Shown here: positions 53,629 through 62,198 of the stretch, piece by piece | Position numbering within the stretch: position 1 is the first letter of the stretch | How the letters are laid out: each line of letters begins with the position of its first letter | Assembly: GCA_036269115.1 (NCBI GenBank) | Contig: DATAST010000208.1 | Location: forward strand, 2,431 to 66,430 | Reading direction: 5' to 3' | DNA length: 64,000 bases | From: Verrucomicrobiia bacterium | GTDB taxonomy: Bacteria > Verrucomicrobiota > Verrucomicrobiia > Limisphaerales > UBA11358 | The notes under the pieces: generated by a model | Told to the model about the DNA's origin: nothing | The model's input: only the letters and a program-made list of their open reading frames with translations | The model's database searches: none | Position numbers and translations under genes: made by a program

Positions 53629-53706
53629 GGATAGAGAATGATATTCGGCGGATGGATGGAAAGGTTGGATGGCGACAGACATTTCCCGGTCAATTCGCGA
53701 ATAAAT

Positions 53707-53734
53707 CAGAGCGGACTCATGTCCGCTGCTACGC
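53707..53734 (+). repeat. Hairpin-GCTGCTACG dispersed repeat unit
   Basis: tcagAGCGGACtcatGTCCGCTgctacg has a 7-bp perfect stem. Confidence 0.75.
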
Positions 53735-53753
53735 GATAGGAGGGAGATGGGGT

Positions 53754-55604
53754 TCATTTGATGGTCACAGGTAATGTGATTTCTCCGCTGAACGTTCCCG
53801 AAGCGGGAAAGTTCGTTTCCCAAAGCGTGACGTGGCTCAGGGTCGCCCGGCGGAGGTTGGCATCGGGCGACTGAAATTGCGCCACGACTGATGGCGGCAG
53901 ATCAGGCAGATTTTGTCCTTCGACGGAAAGGCCCGGCGTGCTCTGGACTAACTTGACACAAACGTTTTGGTGCGACCGCATTTTCCGAATCTGGCCGATC
54001 ACCTGGTCCAGAGTCCGGGGCGACGTGGGAGTTTCGTCCAACCGCATCGCGGCATCGGCATCACCGACAAAAAGCGCAAGTTTCGAGACTTCCAAATCGG
54101 CGGGAATCGGAACCGAAACGGGAATGCGCGTCGGTTCGCCGCGATAATTGCGCATACCGATGACCGCGCGCAAAGTTGAGCCCGGCTTGACCTCGTCACT
54201 GTCCATGCTCAATGAATCCAGCCGGCTCCAGTCAAAACCATTCGCAAAACGAACGTGAAAGGTGAGGGACTTGACCCTGGGAAACGCGCATGGGTTGCCC
54301 AACAAGTGGCTGTACAATTCCAATTGGCCGATGGCCAGCTTGAACGGGCCATCTTCCCCGGTAGCGGCGTCCAACAACTTCACCGTTCCATGTCCTTCAA
54401 TCTCCATGTCGGTTTCAATGTAAATGGTTTGTTTCTCCTCGGATTCCATGGATTCGAACAGCGCCTCTTCGAGGGAAATCGCGGTAAGCACCGGCGAAAA
54501 GAGTTGGTTCTGAAACATGTCGCCGGTGTAAGTGCGCTCCTGGCCGGACGGGGACGTCAAATGGACTTCCACATGAGTCGTGCGCGGCATCCGGCCGATT
54601 TCGCCCGCAATGGCCGTAAGCCGGTCCTGATAAATCGTGCCGACAACCGTGCCGACATTGAGCAACTTGAACGACTCCTCGAATGAAGAAACCACGGTAA
54701 GAATTTCAGCCGTGGCCATGGGCATTTCCGTAGGACCGCTTTGCATGAATGGATGGCCAAAGGCGAGAATACGGTTGCCATCGCGCCACGTGACCGTCCC
54801 CGTTCCGGCAAAATCGAAATCGCCGCTCATGAGCACGCCGGACACCGCCGCGCCGGGCACCAGGTCAGTATTGGTCATGGAACGGGCGCTGCCTGACGGC
54901 GCCTGCATGACCTCCAGGCCAAGCTTGTTCAACTCCGGCTGGAACATTTGCAGCGTATGCTGCGAAATACCTGAGACGAACAACGGAGTCGGCAGGGGTT
55001 TCATGACCGATTGCATTTTGACCAGCGAAGGCACGCTCACTCCGGCTGCGGGCGCGGCCAGCCATTGCGGGCTTCCGCCGCCACCCGCGGCATCCGCCAT
55101 TTGGTCGCTGCCCCAGGGATCGGTTGCCGGCGGATATTTTTCCACTTCCAACATCTGTCCAATCGGTGTGACGCCAAACAAATCCTGGTCGTGTGGAAAA
55201 GTGAAACCGTATGCGTAGGCGCCAAGCAATTTGCCGTCCACATAGACCGGGCTGCCACTCATGCCCGCCACGGGTCCGGTAATTTTGTTCGTCGCATCCA
55301 GGCCCTCGCAAATGATGACCGGCCGGCCCGGCCCGATAAAATTGTCCGCGACTCCGACCACCCGCATGGGAAAGCTGTCAATGCGCGTGCCACTCACGAC
55401 CGTATGCCATTCGCCTCGCATTCCGGGTTTGATGTCGGACAAGGGCATGATGGGGGTGTCTGCAAACGCGGAGAGTGTGAGTGTGGCTAGCGCCAGGGCA
55501 ATGCAGTTGAAACGTTGAAATTTTAAAACGTTGAAACGCGGAGAACGCGGCGCCCGCTGGTTTAGGCCTGCGAAGCAGTTTGTTGCGCGCCGGTGAATGT
55601 TCAT
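53754..55604 (-). CDS. Secreted SpoIVB-like serine peptidase (S55 family) domain protein
   Basis: Signal peptide, then MRVVGVADNFIGPGRPVIICE ... GPVAGMSGSPVYVDGKLLGAYAYGF, a trypsin-fold GxSGSP catalytic Ser motif of the SpoIVB type. Confidence 0.65.
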   Translation of the reverse strand: MNIHRRATNCFAGLNQRAPRSPRFNVLKFQRFNCIALALATLTLSAFADTPIMPLSDIKPGMRGEWHTVVSGTRIDSFPMRVVGVADNFIGPGRPVIICEGLDATNKITGPVAGMSGSPVYVDGKLLGAYAYGFTFPHDQDLFGVTPIGQMLEVEKYPPATDPWGSDQMADAAGGGGSPQWLAAPAAGVSVPSLVKMQSVMKPLPTPLFVSGISQHTLQMFQPELNKLGLEVMQAPSGSARSMTNTDLVPGAAVSGVLMSGDFDFAGTGTVTWRDGNRILAFGHPFMQSGPTEMPMATAEILTVVSSFEESFKLLNVGTVVGTIYQDRLTAIAGEIGRMPRTTHVEVHLTSPSGQERTYTGDMFQNQLFSPVLTAISLEEALFESMESEEKQTIYIETDMEIEGHGTVKLLDAATGEDGPFKLAIGQLELYSHLLGNPCAFPRVKSLTFHVRFANGFDWSRLDSLSMDSDEVKPGSTLRAVIGMRNYRGEPTRIPVSVPIPADLEVSKLALFVGDADAAMRLDETPTSPRTLDQVIGQIRKMRSHQNVCVKLVQSTPGLSVEGQNLPDLPPSVVAQFQSPDANLRRATLSHVTLWETNFPASGTFSGEITLPVTIK

Positions 55605-55664
55605 TTAAAAACGCCGAAAGTTCTGCGGAATCTCGTGGCAAGGCTGTTATGAAGCAAGGAAAAA

Positions 55665-55898
55665 GTGGCGGTCGCACCGCGGCGGGGGTGCATCTCAATT
55701 TCTTGCAACCAGAAGCAATTGCGAAATGGGGAGCGCACGCGCCCCGCGTGCGTCCGACCGCGCCCGCGGTCGGAACGGCGCGCGCCATCGCGCGTTGAAA
55801 CGAGCGCGGAGGCGCGCCCGGCGCGGTTGACGAGGGCGTAAACCGCTGCACGTGAGGCGCGTGCGCTCCCCATTCATCCCGCACTGCAAGAAACTGCC
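55665..55898. repeat. GC-rich palindromic (MITE-like) element
   Basis: The arms TTTCTTGCA (55699-55707) and TGCAAGAAA (55885-55893) are inverted. GGGGAGCGCACGCGCC (55728-55743) and GGCGCGTGCGCTCCCC (55856-55871) form a perfect 16-nt inverted pair. An inner hairpin is TCCGACCGCG-cc-CGCGGTCGGA. A partial copy lies at 42742-42808. Confidence 0.75.
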
Positions 55899-55909
55899 TG
55901 GCAAGGCAC

Positions 55910-56051
55910 TCCTTCGTTTCCATCAAAGGCGTTAAAATCCGCGAATTTCCCAACAAAATCGCTGTTTTTGCGTTCGTTTCCTCCTTGCATTCCCTATGCC
56001 CACAAAATGTGTACAGGGTACATTGCAAACACATAAGCAGCCGAGAAAAAA
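55910..56051 (+). repeat. 141-bp dispersed repeat, copy 1 (upstream of the CPBP-TPR gene)
   Basis: tccttcgtttccatcaaaggcgttaaaatccgcgaatttcccaac ... ttgcattccctatgcccacaaaatgtgtacagggtacattgcaaacac ... gagaaaaaag is about 90% identical by eye to 57742-57882, in the same orientation. Confidence 0.85.
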
Positions 56052-56147
56052 GTACTTTGTCCTTTTTTAAATTGGAGGCTAAAGATTTCTAAACAAGGGT
56101 CGCCCTTGCCTCCAGTGCTGTGGAGGGGATAGCATCAATTAATCGAC

Positions 56148-57704
56148 ATGGAAGCAACAGCAAACGTTGATCACTCGAAGACGCTGAATGCCGGCTCTGC
56201 TACCCTCATCTTCCTCGCATTCTTTTTTGCCCCAATTCCGATCGTTTTAATTGAAACAATGGCGGGGACGTCACTTTCGTGGTTAATGGACGGTATCCTT
56301 TACCCAATGTTCGCTTGGCTTGGGATGGTACTCGCGGCAGTTCGTTTGATTCCAATGGAAATAAAAAAGGTGGGCCCAACCGGCCCGGCCTGGGTTCTCG
56401 GCCGATGGGAAAATCTCATAAAAGGCTTGATGGTCGGCTGTATCATCGGAGTGGCCAGTCGTCTGTGGGATGTATTGAATCAGGCGCATGTGCGGCATAA
56501 TGCACAATTCCAAAATTCCCAATTTGTAGACCCCATATACCGGGCGCTCGAGACGCCTGGCGCAATACAGTTACTCGCGATTGCGACGCTAGTGCTTTTA
56601 GTGCCGGCTGTTGAAGAAATGATGTTTAGAGGAATTCTCTACGGCGGCTATCGAAAATCTTTCGGCCCGATTTCGGCTGCGTTAGTCACAACAGTCGCAT
56701 TTGTCGCAATGCATTTCGATTACTACATAAATGCTCCATACAAAATTGTTTGTTATATTGTAGGGGCGCTCGCGCTGTTGTGGTGTCGCTTGCGGTGGAA
56801 CGCGATCGGTCCGGCAATAGCGGCTCACGGCGGTTTTAATACCGTCGTTGGAGTTATTCCCGCCCTATTTTTGATGTGGCAGCATGGCTATTATGAATCC
56901 GGGGTGACAGCTTACAAGACTTCGAACTTCAAAGAATCGATTGCCTGCCTGACGCGCGCCATTCAATTGGGCGACAAATCGCCGAATGTTTATGTCTATC
57001 GAGGAAACGCCAAATACAGGGAAGCCGACCTGGACGGAGCAATTTCGGATTACAGCCGTGCGATTGAACTAAACCCCAAAGACAGCAACGCCTTTTATGA
57101 TCGCGGCCTTGCAAAAGACAGAAAAGCGGATTTTGAAGGGGCAATTGCAGATTACGACAAAGCAATCACGCTAAATCCGAAGGATAGCAGGGCCTATTCC
57201 GATCGTGGCGTGGCAAAAATTGGTGAGGAGAAGTTCGATGAGGCCATTGCCGATATTAGCAGGGCGATCGAATTGGACCGAACAAACTCATCGTATTACG
57301 ATGATCAGGCTTGGGCAGAATTCAAGAAGGGTGACTTTGGCTACGCAATCGCCGATGCGACGCGCTCAATCAAACTCGATCCTAATTTCGGCTATGCTTA
57401 CGGAACGCGGGCCTGGGCACGGTACAAGGCGGGAAATACCTCAGGCGCTGTCGAAGACTGCAAAAAAGCAATCTCATTATACCATCCAGGTTCAGCGCCC
57501 TTTTTCTATGATCACGGGCTGCTTGATTTTATCGCCAAAGATTACACCCAGGCGATAGCCGATTGGCAAAACTCAATCAAACGGCGACCCGGTTTTAAGA
57601 AAGAGCTCCAGCCGTGGATTGAAAAGGCGCAGGAACTGGCAGGAGCGAAAGCCCCAAATTCTTCGAGTGACGTCCATCAGACGGAGATTGCACCGGCACG
57701 TTAA
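56148..57704 (+). CDS. CPBP-family intramembrane glutamic protease (CAAX/Abi-like) fused to a C-terminal TPR domain
   Basis: VPAVEEMMFRGILYGG (EExxxR), FVAMHF and IAAHGGFN motifs lie in TM helices. At least 6 TPR units follow (AISDYSRAIELNPKDSNAFYDRG ...). Confidence 0.8.
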   Translation: MEATANVDHSKTLNAGSATLIFLAFFFAPIPIVLIETMAGTSLSWLMDGILYPMFAWLGMVLAAVRLIPMEIKKVGPTGPAWVLGRWENLIKGLMVGCIIGVASRLWDVLNQAHVRHNAQFQNSQFVDPIYRALETPGAIQLLAIATLVLLVPAVEEMMFRGILYGGYRKSFGPISAALVTTVAFVAMHFDYYINAPYKIVCYIVGALALLWCRLRWNAIGPAIAAHGGFNTVVGVIPALFLMWQHGYYESGVTAYKTSNFKESIACLTRAIQLGDKSPNVYVYRGNAKYREADLDGAISDYSRAIELNPKDSNAFYDRGLAKDRKADFEGAIADYDKAITLNPKDSRAYSDRGVAKIGEEKFDEAIADISRAIELDRTNSSYYDDQAWAEFKKGDFGYAIADATRSIKLDPNFGYAYGTRAWARYKAGNTSGAVEDCKKAISLYHPGSAPFFYDHGLLDFIAKDYTQAIADWQNSIKRRPGFKKELQPWIEKAQELAGAKAPNSSSDVHQTEIAPAR

Positions 57705-57741
57705 AAAGGTCTTATTGCGCCCGCCCGAATGGCAGGGGTAT

Positions 57742-57882
57742 TCCTTCGTTTCCATCGGAGGCGCTAAAATCCGCGAATTTCCCAATAAAAGCGCAGCTTT
57801 TGCGTTCGGTTCCTCCTTGCATTCCTTATGCCCACAAAATGTGTATGGGGTAGATTGCAAACACAGGCAGCTGAGGAAAAAA
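57742..57882 (+). repeat. 141-bp dispersed repeat, copy 2 (downstream of the CPBP-TPR gene)
   Basis: See 55910-56051. It starts 38 nt after the CPBP-TPR stop. Confidence 0.85.
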
Positions 57883-58174
57883 ATTCCAGGCTTTCCTAAA
57901 GCGCATGACTCCTGGTCCATGTTCGAGCACATGCCCGCCAGTGGCACTGTCACCGGTGCTTGCTCCCTGGCCTGGCGAACCGCACTTTTTCCGCGAAATC
58001 CACTTCTCCCGTTAACACCCCGCATTTTCCTCAAAACCCCAATGAAAACATACAATTTGACCCATTTTTCGTGCCCGTTTACTCGTTCACTTCCCTACAC
58101 AGAAAAAATGTGCGGCTCGCCTTGGCCCGAAAATTAAATGGTCGAAATTTGCGAATTCTTTTAGCCTGTCCCCG

Positions 58175-59470
58175 GTGAAAATTATTCGCTATAGCGACAA
58201 AGATTTCTCGGAGAAGCTCCGCGCGGCATCGTCGGCGGCCGATTTGTTCGATGAAGAGATTGAAAATCGGACGCGCGCCATCGTGCGCGAGGTGGCCCTG
58301 CGTGGCGATGACGCGCTCCTGGAGTTTACCGAACGTTTCGACGGCGCGAAGCTCACCGCCGATCAACTCGCGGTGACGTCTGCTGAATTGATGACGGCTT
58401 TCGTCAAGGCCGATGACGGGCTTCATGACGCAGTGGCCCAGGCCGAAAAAAATATCGCGTCGTTTGCCAAAAAATCACTTCGCCGTAATTGGCAGTTCAA
58501 AAATACGCACGGCGCGAAGGTGGGCGAAAAGTTCGATCCATTTGAACGGGTCGGTATTTATATCCCGGGGGGCACGGCGCCCCTGGTTTCAACCGCATTG
58601 ATGACCGTGACGCTGGCCCGCGTGGCCGGCTGTCGTGAAATCGTGGTCTGCACCCCTTGCGGACGCGACGGCAGCATCAATTCGGCCCTGCTTTTTGCGG
58701 CGAAGGCCGCCGGCGCCACGGAGATTTATCGCGCAGGCGGCGCACAGGCGATCGCGGCGATGACGTACGGAACACGCACCATTAGACACGTCCAAAAGAT
58801 ATTTGGTCCGGGCAATGCCTATGTGGTTACGGCCAAACGCTTATTATTTGGCAGGGTTTCGATTGATCTGCTGCCAGGGCCCAGCGAAGTGCTGGTGCTG
58901 GCTGATGACTCGGCAAATCCTAAATTTGTTGCCGCCGACTTTCTGGCACAGGCTGAGCACGGCTCCGGCCATGAACACGTCTGGCTCGTGACACCATCGG
59001 CGAAACTGCTTCGAGCGGTCGAGCTGGAGATCGACAAGCAATTGCCCAAGCTTGCCCGGCGCGAACTAATCCGGCGCGCTCTCGATGCCAACGGCTGGCT
59101 CATTCAAACCAAAACGCTCGATGACGCGATTGGAATTACCAATAACCTTGCGCCGGAACATTGCGAGGTGATGACCCGTAATCCACGAAAAGTTTCCGAA
59201 CGCATCCTGACGTCCGGGGCCATATTTTTGGGCGCGAATTCACCGACAGTCCTGGGCGATTATGTGGCCGGCCCGAGCCATACGCTCCCAACCGGCGGTG
59301 CCGGGGCATCTTTTGCCGGACTGACGATTGATCAGTTTCAGCGGCGGACCAGCATCGTGGAGTATGATCGGGCATCGCTTAAGAAAGCACTGTCGGCGGT
59401 CAAAAAGTTTGCGGAGTTGGAAGGATTGGGGGCCCACGGCCAAAGCGCGGAAGTGAGAATGGCCAAATGA
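58175..59470 (+). CDS. hisD: Histidinol dehydrogenase
   Basis: GTG start. The sequence GIYIPGGTAPLVSTALM ... FLAQAEHG ... APEHCEV ... GDYVAGPSHTLPTGG contains the hallmark HisD motifs. Confidence 0.9.
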   Translation: MKIIRYSDKDFSEKLRAASSAADLFDEEIENRTRAIVREVALRGDDALLEFTERFDGAKLTADQLAVTSAELMTAFVKADDGLHDAVAQAEKNIASFAKKSLRRNWQFKNTHGAKVGEKFDPFERVGIYIPGGTAPLVSTALMTVTLARVAGCREIVVCTPCGRDGSINSALLFAAKAAGATEIYRAGGAQAIAAMTYGTRTIRHVQKIFGPGNAYVVTAKRLLFGRVSIDLLPGPSEVLVLADDSANPKFVAADFLAQAEHGSGHEHVWLVTPSAKLLRAVELEIDKQLPKLARRELIRRALDANGWLIQTKTLDDAIGITNNLAPEHCEVMTRNPRKVSERILTSGAIFLGANSPTVLGDYVAGPSHTLPTGGAGASFAGLTIDQFQRRTSIVEYDRASLKKALSAVKKFAELEGLGAHGQSAEVRMAK

Positions 59471-59572
59471 TTCGATAAAGATCACTTCAAAACCGAAGGA
59501 AATCGGGCCTAATTAGACCGACAGGCGCGAGCACCCGCTTGCTAAAAACGAATTTAATTGCTAGAATTGATT

Positions 59573-59758
59573 GTGAGTGCAGCGGAAATCATCAAAGAGT
59601 TGCCGAAATTGAACGCCAACGAACGGGCCGCCGTTCGTCGCAGGCTGCGCGAACTGGAAGAACAGGACGAATCGTTATTTCTTCACGAATCTGCCGAGGC
59701 GTTATTTCTAGAAACGGACAAAGAGGAGGAAAAGAATGCCCGCCGCAAGGCCCGGTGA
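59573..59758 (+). CDS. Putative antitoxin (small helical/acidic protein) paired with a MazF-like toxin
   Basis: 61 aa from the GTG at 59573 (SAAEIIKELPKLNANERAAVRRRLRELEE ...). It overlaps the toxin ATG by 23 nt. No recognisable MazE/AbrB motif. Confidence 0.45.
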   Translation: MSAAEIIKELPKLNANERAAVRRRLRELEEQDESLFLHESAEALFLETDKEEEKNARRKAR

Positions 59759-60053
59759 AGTCTGGGTAATAGACCTCGGCATGGCTGCTAAAGTTCGGCC
59801 TTGCCTCATTCTCACGGACAGACCAAAAGACAATGATTTGGATGTTTTTACGGTTATCACTCATACAACGGCATGTCGAGGCAGCCAATGGGAAATTTCG
59901 ATTGAGAAGCCTTTTCTCGAAGGCGAAGGCGCGTTTGATGTTCAGCGGATTGCCACCGTTGCATCAGTAAAATTGGAACGCAAGCTAGGTACGCTATCTC
60001 CCTTGGAATTTGATGCTGTTCTTGATCGACTGGCCGAAAGACTGGGCATTTAG
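59736..60053 (+). CDS. PemK/MazF-family endoribonuclease toxin
   Basis: PGEVWVIDLGMAAKVRPCLILT ... VITHTT ... FDVQRIATVASVKLERKLGTLSP matches the MazF/PemK SH3-like barrel pattern. Confidence 0.7.
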   Translation: MPAARPGEVWVIDLGMAAKVRPCLILTDRPKDNDLDVFTVITHTTACRGSQWEISIEKPFLEGEGAFDVQRIATVASVKLERKLGTLSPLEFDAVLDRLAERLGI

Positions 60054-60055
60054 CA

Positions 60056-61180
60056 ATGACGTTTCCCGACCCTGAATTTCTCATTCGCCCGTTGGTGCGC
60101 GAGTTGCATCCGTATGTCTATGGTGAACAGCCAAAGATCAAAGGACTGATCAAGCTTAATACCAACGAGAATCCTTTCCCGCCCTCGCCGAAAGTATTGC
60201 GGGAGATAAAAAAGGCAGTCGACGGGCGGTTGCGATTATACCCCAATCCCACCGCGCAACCATTGCGCGAAAAGCTGGCTAAACTGCACAAATGCGAGCC
60301 GGACAACATCATCGCCGGGAATGGTTCGGATGAATTGCTCGCCCTTGCCGTTCGCTGTTTCGTGGAACCTGAATTAAATCATTCTCGTCCTCATCGTCAT
60401 CGTCATAAATCAAAATCCGCAAAAGCAACCGCCCAGTATTTCACGCCAAGCTATTCGCTTTATCCGGTGCTGGCGGACATTCACGGGGCGGCTAAAAACG
60501 CCGTTCCCCTCAAATCAGATTTCAGCCTGCCGGACCTGCGAAAATCGAAATGGGATTTTGGCGCAGCACTCACATTCATCACCACTCCCAACGCGCCCAG
60601 CGGCCATGGTTACACAACGGCTGAACTCGAAAAAATTTGCCGCTCCCAAAAAGGGGTGGTCATTCTGGACGAAGCTTACGTGGATTTTGCCAATGCGGAC
60701 GCAATGGAACTGGCGCTCAAATATCCCCATGTTCTGGTTGCCCGAACGTTTTCCAAAGCCTATTCGCTTTGTTTTCAACGCGTGGGTTATTTTGTCGGAA
60801 ACGCCGAACTCATTGCCGCGCTTCACAAAATTCGCGACAGTTACAATGTGAACGGCCTGGGCCAAATCGCCGCTGAAGCAACGCTGGACGACCTGCCTTT
60901 TTATCGCGCGAACTTCAAGCGCATCATTGCCACGCGCGAATGGCTGTCACGCGAATTGACCTTGCTCGGCTTCCGGGTTTTCCCCAGCCAGACGAATTTC
61001 GTTCTCGCGGCCCCACCGCGATTTGCGGCAAAAGATTGGCTGCAGAAATTGCGCGACCGAAAAATTTTGGTCCGCTGGTTTGCATCGCCGGAGGTGAGAA
61101 ACTATTTACGTATCACGATCGGCACCCGGGGGGAGATGGAGGAGTTGGTAAAGGTGGCCGGAAAAATTCTTAAAAGATAA
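60056..61180 (+). CDS. hisC: Histidinol-phosphate aminotransferase (with a ~20-aa repeat-derived insertion)
   Basis: LNTNENPFPPSP, GNGSDELL, PSYSLYP, ILDEAYVDF, RTFSKAYSL (PLP lysine) and LRITIG motifs. Confidence 0.9.
   Translation: MTFPDPEFLIRPLVRELHPYVYGEQPKIKGLIKLNTNENPFPPSPKVLREIKKAVDGRLRLYPNPTAQPLREKLAKLHKCEPDNIIAGNGSDELLALAVRCFVEPELNHSRPHRHRHKSKSAKATAQYFTPSYSLYPVLADIHGAAKNAVPLKSDFSLPDLRKSKWDFGAALTFITTPNAPSGHGYTTAELEKICRSQKGVVILDEAYVDFANADAMELALKYPHVLVARTFSKAYSLCFQRVGYFVGNAELIAALHKIRDSYNVNGLGQIAAEATLDDLPFYRANFKRIIATREWLSRELTLLGFRVFPSQTNFVLAAPPRFAAKDWLQKLRDRKILVRWFASPEVRNYLRITIGTRGEMEELVKVAGKILKR
60377..60410 (-). repeat. Copy of the (GATGAN)n-GAGAATGATT repeat tract embedded in-frame in hisC
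   Basis: The reverse complement atgacgatgacgatgaggacgagaatgatt matches atgacgatgaggatgagaatgatt at 45580-45603 in 23 of 24 positions. In hisC it is translated as NHSRPHRHRH. Confidence 0.7.
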
Positions 61181-61221
61181 GACCGATCCGGCAGATCAGT
61201 GGATCAAGGAATGCGCGGGAT

Positions 61222-62079
61222 TTACTGCATCCCCTTAAAATAGGCCAAAATCAGTTCCGGGAGGTCGCTGCTGTAGCCGCCTTCGAGGAGGCTGAAGAAT
61301 GGAACGTTCAACGCCCGCAATTCGTGGCCAAGCCAAAAGAAATCCTCGGCCAGGAGGGTGCCATTGGCCAGGGGATCCCGCAAATATGCGTCAAAGCCGG
61401 CGGAAACGGCGACGAGCGTGGGTGAAAATTTTTTGAGGTCATTTAGCGCGCGACCAAGCGTAGCGCGCCAGGTTTCGCGCGGGGTGGAGGGTGCCACTGG
61501 ATAATTAAAACAATTTTTCCCAACGTTTGTCTGGCCCGTGCCGGGATAACAGGGAAATTGATGGACGGAAAAAAAGGCGGCGTTCGGACAGTCGAACAGT
61601 ATGTCCTCGGTGCCATTTCCGTGGTGCACATCAAAATCAAAAACGGCGACACGTTCTGTGCCCGTTGCGAGGGCTTCGAGCGCGGCGATGGCAATATTGT
61701 TCAAGTAGCAAAAGCCCATGGAATGCGTTCGCGTGGCGTGATGGCCCGGAGGCCGCATGAGGCTGAAAACCATCTCCCCTCCCTTCGCCAATTTCATCGC
61801 ATCCAGAGCTGCTGCCACGGAAGCGCGCGCGTAATCAGCAATATGTTCGTGCCATGGCGTGTCGGGGTCAAAATCGCCGGACATACTTAAACGCGCGAGC
61901 ACTTCAGGACTGTGCGCCCGGAGTATTTGCTCCTCCCGGGCATTGGAGGGCGCGAGCCATTCTATTGGCATCTCGTCCTGTTCCTTGAGCAGGGCAACTG
62001 TGGTGGAGACCCGCGCCGGCCGTTCCGGATGTCCGGCACGCGAGTAGCCGATACATTTTTCATCCGTAATGATCGTCAC
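61222..62079 (-). CDS. Histone deacetylase-family (arginase/deacetylase fold) protein, AcuC/Hda-like
   Basis: RPPGHHA, FDFDVHHGNGTEDI and EGGY motifs. Confidence 0.85.
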   Translation of the reverse strand: MTIITDEKCIGYSRAGHPERPARVSTTVALLKEQDEMPIEWLAPSNAREEQILRAHSPEVLARLSMSGDFDPDTPWHEHIADYARASVAAALDAMKLAKGGEMVFSLMRPPGHHATRTHSMGFCYLNNIAIAALEALATGTERVAVFDFDVHHGNGTEDILFDCPNAAFFSVHQFPCYPGTGQTNVGKNCFNYPVAPSTPRETWRATLGRALNDLKKFSPTLVAVSAGFDAYLRDPLANGTLLAEDFFWLGHELRALNVPFFSLLEGGYSSDLPELILAYFKGMQ

Positions 62080-62198
62080 GGACTGAATTTAGCCACAGAT
62101 GAGCGCAGATGAAACACAGATTTTGGGACGGGTCGGCGACAACTTGTCCCCGGTTGTTTGCACGCGAGGACGAGCCATTCCTCGCCCCGATTCGCCCT

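Noticed and set aside
55378-56034. 218-aa minus-strand ORF spanning the region upstream of the S55 peptidase gene.
   Set aside because: It is built entirely from the GC-rich palindrome and the 141-bp repeat, and it overlaps the real peptidase N-terminus out of frame. The translation (WGAHAPHVQRFTPSSTAPGAPPRS...) is typical repeat-derived pseudo-protein.
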